A stretch of DNA of 64,000 bases, from assembly GCF_009914755.1 (NCBI RefSeq), contig NC_060946.1; one strand, given 5' to 3'. The notes below the pieces were generated by a model. It had not been told where the DNA came from and did no database searches. It saw only the letters and a list, made by a program, of their open reading frames with translations. Both the position numbers and the translations under genes were made by a program. Every line of letters starts with the position of its first letter. The stretch's first letter is position 1. Below are positions 1 to 20,217 of the stretch, piece by piece. Source of the stretch: the human T2T-CHM13v2.0 reference genome, Homo sapiens.

Positions 1-248
1 CGCAGAGGATCAAATTCACATGCTTGTCAAACGCCTTAAAGATGCCAAAGAAGATTGTGCCTTCCTGTAGGATGCATTTCATTCTATAGTCAATGTGCTG
101 CTGCAGCCTTGCTACTCGTGCCCACAGTCGTGATTGCTGCTTCACCAAATCCCGTGTCCACAGTTAAAACTTCGTGCTTCTTAAGACCTGGGGGAAAGCT
201 GTAGATAAAGGTATGGTGCAGGTTCTCCCAGAAACAATGCAAGCTGAG
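1..248 (-). pseudogene. SNRPN (SmN) processed pseudogene, 5' part; continues beyond the left window edge
   Basis: Minus strand from 131 reads ACG ACT GTG GGC ACG AGT AGC AAG, a +1 frameshift, then [33 protein letters not shown]. This matches SmN/SmB [43 protein letters not shown]. The start codon is ATG>ACG (131-129). Upstream 132-248 resembles the SNRPN leader as I recall it (ATACCTTTATCT...TTTTAACTGTGGACA...CAGCAATC) and joins the CDS without an intron. Confidence 0.88.
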
Positions 249-254
249 GGGGAA

Positions 255-3515
<3,261 letters not shown>

Positions 3516-3549
3516 TAGGAGCCCCGAACCCAAAGCTCTTTGAAAAGCT

Positions 3550-3607
3550 GCCGAAGCTCCAAGGTTCCTCCGCTTCCTGCCCGCAGGCGGAACCTTAGAG
3601 CTTCGGC
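3550..3607 (-). ncRNA. MIR3928: pre-miR-3928 hairpin (58 nt)
   Basis: Near-perfect inverted repeat GCCGAAGCTCCAAGGTTCC...GGAACCTTAGAGCTTCGGC. The minus-strand 3' arm GGAGGAACCUUGGAGCUUCGGC matches miR-3928-3p as I recall it. Confidence 0.85.
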
Positions 3608-3649
3608 CATGGAAATTAACCTCTTCCGGTTGGGGCCGGAAGTCCCTCC

Positions 3650-3791
3650 GAGAGGGGCGGCTCCGCGTCATGTGACTGGAGTCCGCGTAGGAGGGGTCGG
3701 AGGTCTTACCCAACAGATTGACGCGGCGTTAGTATTGGCCGTGTACCCGAAAAACTGATTGACTGGGCTGGCGTTAACTGTGCGGAGGCAG
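3650..3791 (+). other. RNF185: RNF185 non-coding exon 1 (TSS approximate)
   Basis: Lies in the CpG island and ends at the consensus donor CAG|GTATGT (3791/3792). Confidence 0.8.
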
Positions 3792-6132
3792 GTATGTGAG
3801 GGGCTGGGGTTGGGGCGGGGGCGCCAAAGTTTAGGGACGGGGGCGGGAGACCCGGGTCCGCCTTCCCAGGACACACGGGCTTGAACATCTGAGCCCAGGG
3901 GCCCAGAGACAGCAAGACCGGTCGTGTCTGTCCCCGAAAAGAGGACGAGCTGGCGTTGTGGTTCTGCGTCCCATGAATACAGATTGGGGAAACTGAGGCC
4001 TTGCGAAAGAGAAGGGCTCCCACAAGCTCTCCTTTCGAGGCATGGGCACTGATTCCCATTCTATCCCCCGTGCGAGACCGCCTCTATCATCTGGGAGTGC
4101 ATTTCACGAGTTTGCCCTGAGTGGAGAAGCAGAGGCCGGGGAGCGCGGTGAACAGAGTTGGGCTGAAAGTAAGAGACCTGGATTCGAGACTTCGCCACCG
4201 ACAGACAATTGTGCGTTCTGGGCCAAATCTCTTCCCTGTGCTGGGCCTCAGTTTTCTCGTGTCTAAAACGGGGCAGTGTTTTTCAAAATATGGTTCTTAC
4301 ACCATCTGCTTTGTAATTCTCTGAGATGCCGGCTTTACAGCGCGGGACTCAATTCAGACTTCTGGTTTAGAATCTGAACTTATGCGTAGGGGGGTCCTGT
4401 ATATACTAATGTTTGAAGCTCATTGATTTTAAGTGCTTTCCTGCTGTGAGCACTAGATATCCATTCTTCGCTTTGAGGCAGCTGGTGCCAGTTCAGGAAC
4501 TTTGAAAGAACTGGAATGGTTAGCTCAGTAAAGAGAGCACTGGAAGGGAATTAACTTTTTAAAAATTGAAAATACTGTTACGGCAAAGAGGGCTTCCACT
4601 TCATCTTTAGGCTAAAAGAGGCAGAACTAGGACTAACAGGTGAATTCTACAGGAAGGCAAGATTTTTGCTTAATAGAAGAACTTAAATGGAAGAATCGTC
4701 AGAGGTGACCACCGATGGAGTGAATGGATTGCCTCCGTGCCTCCTTTCGAGGGAGGTATATAGGTATTAGATGAAGGTCCTTTCCAACTTGAAAGTCTGT
4801 GATTCCAAGGAGTTGTTCTGCATCTTTCTGGTGCTGACTCTGCTCTCAAGGCAAATGTGACTTTTTTCTTCTCTTTTGACACTTCCATCACTTTAGCCTA
4901 CATCTCCTGTAAATAAGGCCAATGCATCTGACCTTACATAATCTCTTCCTGGTTGTCCTGTGCACCATCCTTCTTTTCAAGGACTTTGGAATGACCCAAT
5001 ATCTGATAGAGGCACCTTAAATGTTTATTGAATGAATAAGTAAACTGGGTCCCACCCCATGGGTTAGTAGCTTTTTTCTAAGAACAAGTTGGAAATGCCT
5101 CTGAAGATTTTATGTTTGACCAGGAGAAGCCAGTGAACTCTGAATCACAAAATTGAGGACTCTCAGTTGAAAGCACCCCTTGAGGTTGTTCAGACCAGCC
5201 TTCTCTTCCCTGGAACATAATCCCTGCTTGAATCCTCTCTTCAGCAATATGTGTATAGATGTGAGAGAATTTTTGCAGTCTGTTGGCTAGCTTTCCATGC
5301 ATCATATAAAAACAGTCCTCTTATAGACTTGACTTGCCAGTTCACACACATGACAAGTTCCAGCTTTTTTTTTTTTTTTTTTTGAGTATTTAGTAGAGAT
5401 GGGGTTTCACCATGTTGGCCAGGCTGGTCTCGAACTCCTGACCTCAAGTGATCCGCCTGCCTCAGCCTCCCAAAGTGCTGGGATTTCAGGTGTAAGCCAC
5501 TGTGCCTGGCCTCTAGCATACCTTTGGTTTTCTAATCAAACATTATTATGTCCTTATTTTGTGCATTACAAAGCTCTGCCTAAATCACTTTTTCAACACC
5601 TGCTAGAATGCTTAGGAATGTTTATGTTGTCTTAGGGAGCAGAGGCTCCATATTATGACCCAGTTCTGCTGACTTGCTCCCCCGCCGCCACAAAAGTTAG
5701 GGTTGAGCCAAAACTTCCTGCCAGTTATCGACTTGTGTTTCCCAAGATTAAAAAATAAAAAAGTTGTGAAATGCTTATTCAGATGTTATCCAGGTACTGG
5801 GTAAAATGATCTTAATTTGTTGGAGTTTTTAGAACTTCTCGATCTAAAAGTTTCCTTTTAAAGAAGTGTCTGAATTGACATTCTCATAAGTATGTTCTTC
5901 AGGCCACTGGTCTGAAGAAGTGGCTCTGAAAAAAGGATTTGATGCTAATAATAAGTTTGAGAAAGCCACATACCATTATTCTTTCTTGGAGCTTCTCAAT
6001 GTGTAATACCACATTAAAACCACTGAGAGGTCCTGCAATAAGGAAATGTGCTTTATAAGCCAAGATAATAACTTGTTCCATTTGTTTAATCTACTTGATG
6101 TCAAATCTTTTTTTTTTTTTAATTGAAGCACA

Positions 6133-6810
<678 letters not shown>

Positions 6811-7100
6811 GCATCGTGTACATTTTTTTTTTTTGAGACAGTGACTCGCTCTGTTGCCCAGGCTGGAGTGCAGTGGCACGAACATAGCCTACTACAGCCT
6901 TGACCTCCTGGGCTGAAGCCATCTTCCCACCTCAGCCACCCGAGTAGTTGGGACTACGGGCACACACCACCACACCCAGCTAACTTTTAGGTTTCTTGTA
7001 GAGATGAGGTCTCACTATGTTGCCCAGGCTGGTCTCAAATCTCCGAGCTCAAATGATTCTCCTGCCTCAGCCTCTCAAAGTGCTAGGATTACAGGTATGA

Positions 7101-7298
<198 letters not shown>

Positions 7299-7301
7299 TG
7301 A

Positions 7302-7708
<407 letters not shown>

Positions 7709-8428
7709 TGACCTCAGGTGATCCACCCGCCTTGGCATCCCAAAGTGCTGGGATTACAGCCGTGAGCCACTGCGCCTGGCCTTTTTATTTTGAAATAATT
7801 TTACTCTTATACTAAACTTGCAAAAATAATTCACAAACTTTCTGTATATCTGTCATCTAACTTCACCTAATGTCAAAACTGTACATAATTATATCAGAAT
7901 TATCCAAACAAGAAATTTAACATTAATACAATATTACTAGCTAATCTAGAGACTTTATTCAGATTTTGCTATTTGTCCCACTGTGTCCTTTTTCTGTTCC
8001 AGGACCCAATCCTGGATCCTACATCACATTTAGTTGTCAAGTCTCCCTGGTCTCATCAGATATCTGGGACAGTTCCTCATTGTCTTTTTTTTTTTTTTTT
8101 TTTTTGAGACGGAGTCTCACCCTGTCACCCAGGCTGGAATACAGTGGCATGATCTCAGCTAACTGCAACCCCCCTCCCGGGTTCAAGCGATTCTCCTGCC
8201 TCAGCCTCCTGAATAGCTGCAATTACAGGCGTGTGCCACCATGCCCAGCTGTTTTTTGTATTTTTAGTAGAGTGGGGTTTCACCATGTTGGGCAGGCTGG
8301 TCTTGAAGTCCCAACCTCAGGTGATCCACCTGCCTCGGCCTCCCAAAGTTCTGGGATTACAGGTGTGCCACCACACCCGGCCTGCATTTGCACTAAAATT
8401 TATTTTTTTTTTAATTGTTTGTTTTTGA

Positions 8429-8653
<225 letters not shown>

Positions 8654-9616
8654 TGATCTGTCTGCCTCAGCCTCCCAAAGTGCTGGGATTACAGGTGTGA
8701 GCCACTGCGCCTGGCCATTTGCACTAAAATTTATGAGGGTTCCAGTTTCTCCGCATCCACAACACTTGTTATTGCCCACTAAAAAAATTATATCTCTCCT
8801 AGTGGGTGTGAAGTGATATCTCATTGTGGTTTTGATTTGCATTTCCTTAATGGCTGATGATGATGATGATGATGTTCTTATTGGCCATCTGCATATCTTA
8901 TTTGGAGAAATGTCTGTTTAGATCTTTTGCTCATTTTGTAATTGAGTTATTTGTTATCGTGTACAATTTTGAATGTAGGTATTCAAAGAGTTTGCAGATC
9001 TCTTGAAATAACTCAGTGATTTGACCTGCAAATTCTGAGGCAATGCCAGTATGTCCCTGATCTGAATGTAGTTGGATTTGGACATACTAAAGCACAAAGT
9101 AAATTTCCATTTGAGGCTACTGACCATGCAGAGCTTGACTCAAACCCAGCCACTTCTGGCCATGTGGAGTTGGAGTGGCCATGGGCAAGTGAAAGGAAGG
9201 GTACTATTTGCGTCCAGAAATGAGGTTGTCATCCAAGATATGATAAGACTAGTCAGGGAGCCTTCATTTTGGGTGCCACTCTGCTGTATGTCTGGTTATA
9301 GGCAGGGAGTAGAGGAGTCAGTGGTGGTTTGAATGCTCAGGACTAGCTGCTCATAGCTACATAACTACAGTGCTCCTAGGCCTATCTTGACCCTACAGCA
9401 TTTGGCCATAACCAAACCATCTTGGACACATACCTTGAAACAAACAAAAGCTTCAGTAATGTAAATTGTGAAAGTAGTATGTGCTTATTTTATTATTATT
9501 TTTTTTTAGAGATGGAGTCTTGCTCTGTTGCCCAGGCTGGAGTGCAGTGGCACAGTGTTGACTCACTGCAGCCTCCATCTCCCAGATTCAAGCAATTCTC
9601 GTGCCTCAGTTCCTGA

Positions 9617-9802
<186 letters not shown>

Positions 9803-10021
9803 TAGACATTTTGGGAAATACAGAAAAATCTCCCTCTCCCCACCCTAGTCATCCCTAGCTCTAGTATCTAGAGAACCTTTGTTGCAGTTGCTATATTTCC
9901 TTCTTGTTTCCTGCTACGGGGCACATTTTTAATAGTTGGAATCACTCACTGTACACAGGTCCATATCTTGCTTTTTCTTATTAACATCTAAAACTGAAGA
10001 AAACACACACTTTAATTTTAA

Positions 10022-10494
<473 letters not shown>

Positions 10495-13069
10495 TAACTG
10501 TTCATTTATTTAATAAGTCTTACTATGTAGACGTAATGTGTATAATAAGTACTTGGTGTGTTCTTAGTGGGATAGAAATGTAGTTTTGATTTTTAAATAA
10601 GGAGCATAGATTTTCTTAAAATTTTTTTTATTGTGGTAAGATGTACATAACAATATTTACTGTTTTAACTAATTTTATCTATTTAAATTTTTTTTGAGAT
10701 AGGGTCTCACTCTGTGGCCTAGGCTGAAGTGTAGTGGCAACTCACTGCAGCCTCAACCTCTGAGGCTCAAGCAATCCTCTTGCCTCAGCCCCCTAAAGTG
10801 CTGGAATTACAGCAGTGAGCCATTGTGCCTGGCCCATTTTAATTATTTTTAAATGTACAATTCAGTGGCATTAAGTAAATTCACAATGTTGTATAACCAT
10901 CACCACTATTTCTAAAACTTTTTCAGCATACCAAACAGAAACTCTACCCATGAAGCAATAACTCCTCATTCTCTCCTCCCCCCAGCTCCTGGTAACCTCT
11001 GATCCACTTTCTATCTGTATGAATTTGCCTATTCTGGATATTTCTAATAAGATTCTAATAAGAAAATCACCCAATGTATGACCTTTTATGGAAACGTAGG
11101 GGGGTTTTTTCCTTTTTTTTTTTTTTTTTTTTTGAGACAGTCTCACTCCGTTGTCACCCAGGCTGAGTGCAGTGGTGTCATCTCAGCTCACTTCAACCTC
11201 CGCATCCTGGGTTCAAGCAATTATTGTGCTCCAGCCTCCCAAATAGCTGGAATTACAGGCGCTCACCACCACACCTGGCTCATTTTTGTATTTTTAGTAG
11301 AGATGGGGTTTTGCCATTTGCCCAGGCTGGTCTCGAACGCCTGACCTCAAGTGATCCGCCTGCCTTGGCTTCCCAGAGTGCTGGGATTATAGGCATGAGC
11401 CACCGTACCTGGGCCCAGTTTTTTAAATTGTAGTGAAATTCATATAAAATTTACCATCGTAACCATTTTTTTAAATGTACAGCTCAGTGGTATTAAGTAC
11501 ATTCATGTTCTAGAAACATCACCACCATCTACCTCCAGAACTGTTTTCATCTTGCAAAAGTGAAACTCTGTGTCTATTAAACAATAACTCCCTATTTCTT
11601 CTTCCCCCTAGCCACTGCCAACCACTATTCCACTTTCTGTCTCTATGATTTTGTTTACTCTAAGTACGTCATATAAGTAGAATCATACAGTATTTGTCCT
11701 TTTTATTTTTGAAGATGAGGCCTAACCGTGTGGCTGGTGTCAGACTCTTGGGTTTAAGTGAACTTTCTGCCTCAGCCTCCCAAGTAGCTGGGGTTATGTG
11801 TGGGCACCACTGCACCCAGCTTAGTATTTGTCTTCCTTTGACTGACTTATTTCACCTAACATGATGTTCTTGAGGTTCATTTATGTTGTAGCATATGTGA
11901 GAATTTTTCTTCCTTTTTAAGATAAAATGATTTTCCGTTGTATGTATTTTGCTTATCCATTCATCTGTCGATGCAAACTTGGATTGCTTCCATGTTTCAG
12001 CTATTGTGAATACTGCTACTGTGAACATTGATGTATAGCTATTTCTTTGCGACCTTGCTTTCAATTATTTGGGTACATACCTAGAGGTAGAATTGCTGGA
12101 TCATATGGTAGTTCAGTTTTTAATTTTTTTGAGGAGCCTCTGTGCTGTTTTCCACAGCAGCTGTACCATTTTACATTCCCACCAACAGAGCACAGGGGTT
12201 CTATTTCTCTACATCCTTGCCAAAACTTGTTATTTTCTGGTGTTATAAAAATAGTAGTCATTCTGATGGTATCTCATTGTGCTTTTGATTTGCATTTCCC
12301 TGATGATTAGTGATGTTGAGCACCCTTCTGTGTACTTTTGGGACATTTGTATTTCTTCTTTGAAGAAATGTCTCTATTCAAGTCCTTTGCCCCCCCGCCC
12401 CACCACCACCCTTTAAAAATTTTTTTTGAGACAGAGTCTCTCTCTCTCTTGCCCAGGCTGGAGTGCAGTGGTGGAATCTGGGCTCTGCAACCTCCACCTC
12501 CTGGGTTCAAGCAATTATCTTGCCTCAGCCTCGCACGTAGCTGGAAGTACAGGCGTGTGCCACCACACCTGGCTAATTTGTTTTGTATTTTTAGTAGAGA
12601 CAAGGTTTCGCCATGTTGCCCAAGTTGGTCTCAAACTTCTGACCTCAAGTGATCTGCCTGCCTAAGCCTCCCAAAGTGCTGGAATTACAGGCCTGAGCCA
12701 CCATACCTGGCCCCACTTTTGAATCAGGTTGTTTGTTGTTAAGTTTTAGGAGTTATCTATGTATTCAGGATATTAATTCCTTTTCAGATATATGATTTGC
12801 AAATATTTTCTCCCATTCTGTGAATTGCCATTTTACTCTATTGGTAGTGTCTTTTTATGCACAAAATTTTTAAATTTTTATGAAATCCAATTTGTCTACT
12901 TTTTCTTTTGTTACCTGTACTTTTGGTGTCATTCCAAGAAATCATTGCCAGAAATATAGTTTTTAAAGTCATGACCAAGTGGCTCCTGGTTTAAAATTCT
13001 CAGAGGCGGCCCTAATTGCTGCCTGGTTATCATACCCTACTTCTCTTTTTTTAATTTTTAGTTTTTTAA

Positions 13070-13329
<260 letters not shown>

Positions 13330-13661
13330 TGAGCCACCACACCCAGCCTTCAAACCGTACTTCTCTACTCTGCATCTGCTGTAGATGACAGGAGTCCATC
13401 TCTTCATTTCATTGGTCGTTGGGAACAAAGCTCCCGAGTGTTGGATCCTTGTCTTCCAGCTGGCCTAAGGACATGCAAAGATTAGAAGCAGCACTTCTAT
13501 GTTCATTGAGCCAGATTGTGTCTGCTTCTGTGGAAATGGCCTAGGGGACTCACTGGCCATTCTGTCCTGGGTCCAGTTGCCAGGTTAATTCCTGTGATAG
13601 TTTCTATAGCACCTGACTCTGATACTCGCTCTCTTAATTGCTCCTCAGAAGTGCCTTGTGA

Positions 13662-14219
<558 letters not shown>

Positions 14220-14222
14220 TAA

Positions 14223-14426
<204 letters not shown>

Positions 14427-14658
14427 TAGCTGGCATGTTCCACTGTGCCTGGCATGTGGGGGTTTTTAAAGATGGACAGGTCTCTGAATACAGGAGTGGA
14501 TCCTGGGCAAAGCCTAAGGAAGTTTGTTGTTTTTTCTTAACACTATCATCTCTGCCAAGGCACTTCTTAGTGTGAGAAGCTTTTTGTTTTTTAATAGTTA
14601 CATTCTGACTTGGTTATAAACTCCTTGAGCACAGGAACCAGGACCTTCTCTGATTTAC

Positions 14659-14701
<43 letters not shown>

Positions 14702-14708
14702 TTTTTGA

Positions 14709-14995
<287 letters not shown>

Positions 14996-15375
14996 TGATT
15001 TATTTTTATCATGGGTCTGGTAGTTGGCATTCTCTAAGTGTTTGCCAAACAGCACTGGTAACAAATACAATGGAGGTGGCTCAAGGCACAAGAGCAATTT
15101 GTAAAAGTCAATATTATAGACTTTTCAAAATGGTATCATTTTGGTTTTATCTTTAATCACAGTTGGTCCTAGTCAGGACCTTCTGTTGAAAGAAGTGAGA
15201 GGCTGGGCATGGTGGCTTGTGCCTGTAATCCCAGCACTTTGGGAGGCCGAGGCAAGCGGATCACCTGAGGTCGGGAGTTTGAGACCAGCCTGACCAACAT
15301 GGAGAAACACCATCTCTACTAAAAATACAAAATTAGCCAGGTGTGGTGGTGCATGCCTGTAATCCCAGCTACTCA

Positions 15376-15480
<105 letters not shown>

Positions 15481-15964
15481 TCAAAAAAAAGAAAGGAGAA
15501 GTGAGATCATTGTTTTGTCAAGTATATACCGGGTATTAAAATTTAAAAAGTTTTCTACTTAATTGGTTAGATCTTGTCAAACTTATTGTTTTTATACTCT
15601 ACCTTCAGAATATCTTAGAGGTCTTTAGCTCAACCTCAGGTAAAATATGAATTAATGACATTTTATAGAATATGAATTAATGAGATTTCACTGACTGTGT
15701 GAAAATAAAAGTGAAACCTGGCCAGGTGTGGTGGCTAATGCCTGTAATCCCAGCATTTTGGGAGGCTGAGGCGGGCAGATCACTTGAGGTCAGGAGTTCG
15801 AGACCAGCCTGACCAACATGGCGAAACCCTGTCTCTACTGAAAATACAAATAAATTAGGCAGGCATTGTGGTGCACACCTGCAATCATGAATTCAGAATA
15901 TTAATCTTACTGCTTCCTCATTAATTTCTTTGTCTAATAGGGGCTAGGCACTGTTTCATACTTA

Positions 15965-16260
<296 letters not shown>

Positions 16261-16917
16261 TCAAAAAAAAAAAAAAAAAAAAAGCAAAACCCTTATTTTT
16301 TAAACTTTTCTCATGACAAAGGGATGGCTGGAACAATTATTCCCCATTTGCAGGTAAGGACACTGGCATAGTGAGTGACAGACCTGAGCCTTAGGCTAAG
16401 TCCTCTGGCTCCAGATTATTTCTTTCATGGTGTTATACTAGAAATTCACAGCCCTTGACTGGTATCTGTCCAGTCTGAAGAGCTTTTCTTTAAAACACTA
16501 TTTTCCTCAGCTGTATTGGTTTGATTGAAATTAAATCCCCTTCATTCATTCACATACCTTAATCAAACATCTACTTCCTGTCAGGAACTGTGCTGTTGGC
16601 CCTAGGAGGTATCTCACTGGAGTGGGTAATAGTTCAGTGGATAACCAAACCTCTGTGTGAGTATGTTATCTTTAATAGGGAGAAATTTGAGAAAACTTGA
16701 AACTACTTCTGGTTGCAGATCCCTCAATTTTTTTTTCATTTGTGTAAGAGTTTTGGGTAATACTTAAAAAAAAAAAATTGACTCTAAGTTATGTAACATT
16801 TCCAGTTCTGAACAGCATGTTTTGCTGTTATAGGATACTGATTTTCCACAACTCTAGTTGGCTATATTGAGTTGTACAGTTCTAATTGCTCCTGGGCATC
16901 AGATCTGTCAACTCATT

Positions 16918-16929
16918 CACACACACACA

Positions 16930-16968
<39 letters not shown>
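16918..16968. repeat. (CA)n microsatellite, one interruption
   Basis: Directly visible. Confidence 0.95.
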
Positions 16969-16970
<2 letters not shown>

Positions 16971-17917
16971 ATGTATATATCAGGTGCTCCTGAGGCACCT
17001 AGCCCTGTGCTGAGTAAGGAACCTGGAAGCTGGGTCTGCGCTTGACAAGACGCACAAGAACAGATCACTGAGTTACCATTTGTTAAGGACGTTGGCTTGG
17101 GTTGGGAAGCTTTGCCTCTGACTAGGTCTGTGACCATGGGCAAGTGACCTAACTACTCTGAGCCTTTATTTAACATCCCAAGGGATGCTAATGATGATAC
17201 AGTAGTGTTTACCTAAAGGCAGGCCATAAAGATTAAATGAGATAATTCATGTAGAGGGCTGAGCAGTGTTAGCTATGTTACTTATAGTGATAAGAAATAT
17301 AACAAGTGTCCCCTAATTTTAACACTTGGGGAAAATCTGATTTTCTCTGGGTCAAATTGTATCTAATTTTAGATTTCCTCTCAGTTCATAAACATACACA
17401 GTTCTGATGTCTCATCTACTCTGCATTCAAGGAATGATGCTCATTGAGAAAGGAAAGTTGTGACTCATTTACTCAGCAAATTAACCAAGTACCTGCTGGT
17501 TGCATATGTCTATGAGGAATATACAAAAACAGTTTACCTTCAGTGAACTCAGAGACCTTAAAAGGGAGGGGGATTAACATTTCATGAGTACTTAACTATG
17601 TGCCAGGCACTATGCTAGTCCCGTACTGTTTTATCTCTATTTCTTAGAACTGTCTTGTGAGGAAGATATTAGCCTCATTTTAGCAAATGAGAAAAACAAA
17701 GGCTCAGAAAGAAAATAACTTGTCTGAAATCACAGAATAAGTTGCAGAGCTGAGATTTGAACTCAGCCATCACATTCCTCTGTGCCGTGCTAGTTTTTAA
17801 GGAAAAAAGTTAAGGAACATTTTATGACAAAAGGCAACTTCTTAGATGACACTTAAAAGTTTGTGCCAGTGGTAGTACAAATCCCATTTCACTCTTTAAA
17901 AAAAATTTTTTTTTTAA

Positions 17918-18115
<198 letters not shown>

Positions 18116-18245
18116 TAGTTTTGAACTCTTGGCCTTAACTGATCCTCCTGCCTCGGCCTCCCAAAGTGCTAAGATTACAGGAGTGAGCCACCATTCTTGT
18201 CCTCCATTTTGTCCTTTTTTAAAAATGAAACATGGTAATTTTTCA

Positions 18246-18599
<354 letters not shown>

Positions 18600-18871
18600 T
18601 TAAAAAAAAAAAAAAAAGTAGTGGACGAAAATGTGAAAAAGTAGGAACAGCTGGCTCTAGAATCCCCACTCAGATATGTGTTATCTCTGGGCTTGGTGGC
18701 TGATTGCCTGTAATCTCAGCAATTTGGGAGGCCAAGGCTGAGGCAGGTGGATTGCTTGAGCCCAGGAGTTCAAGACCAGCCTGGGCAGCATGGCGAAACC
18801 CCATCTCTACAAACAAACAAACAAAAAACTAGCTGGATGTGGTGGCGCACAGCTGTAATCCCAGCTACTCA

Positions 18872-19021
<150 letters not shown>

Positions 19022-19467
19022 TCATTGTCAAGGACTTAGGGAAACAAATGTCTTATGTATTTCTCATAGGAATATAAATTGGCACATCTTCCCTGGGGGT
19101 ATTCAGCACTGTCTCAAAGTTACAAATATAAATACTTTGACCCTGCAGTTCTACTTCTAGGGTTTATACTAATAATATAGTCAAGCAGTCTTGAAGGTAG
19201 AAAACAGGGCTGTTGGGTTCCAGGGATAGGGAGAGACTTTTCAGCCTATATCCTTTTGTTGTACCTATTGAATTTTGAGCCATGTAAACGTGTTACTTAT
19301 TAAAAAAATAAATTCATAAAATTAAAATTGTTAAAATTTCTGAGATGATTATTATTCTAAGGACCATTCACACCTCAGTTGTGAATGTACTTAATTCAGA
19401 TTGGTTTCCTTTTTGTTCTCTACTGAGATCTGAAGGTATTGGACCTTTCACATCTTTTATTTTGTAA

Positions 19468-19596
<129 letters not shown>

Positions 19597-19947
19597 TGAG
19601 TATTAACAGAGTACTCACTATGGAAAAGGTGGCAAGTACATGTAAGTATTTTTTAAAGCTTAAGAAATTTGTCCATAAGTCCACTGTCCGGAGACTACTA
19701 CAGTTAATATTTTTGACCTCTTTTTTTGGTATCTTTTTAACCTGCTGATAACAAATAAATTCAATTTTTTTTTTTTTTGAGACAGAATCTCGCTCTGTCG
19801 CCCAGGCTGGAGTGCAGTGGGCTCGCTGCAGCCTCTCCCTCCCAGGTTCAAGCAATTCTCCTGTGTCAGACTCCCAGCTGCTCCAAATCCTGGGCTCAAG
19901 CAATCTTCCTGCCTCAGCCTCCCAAAGTGCTAGGAATGCAGGTATGA

Positions 19948-20217
<270 letters not shown>

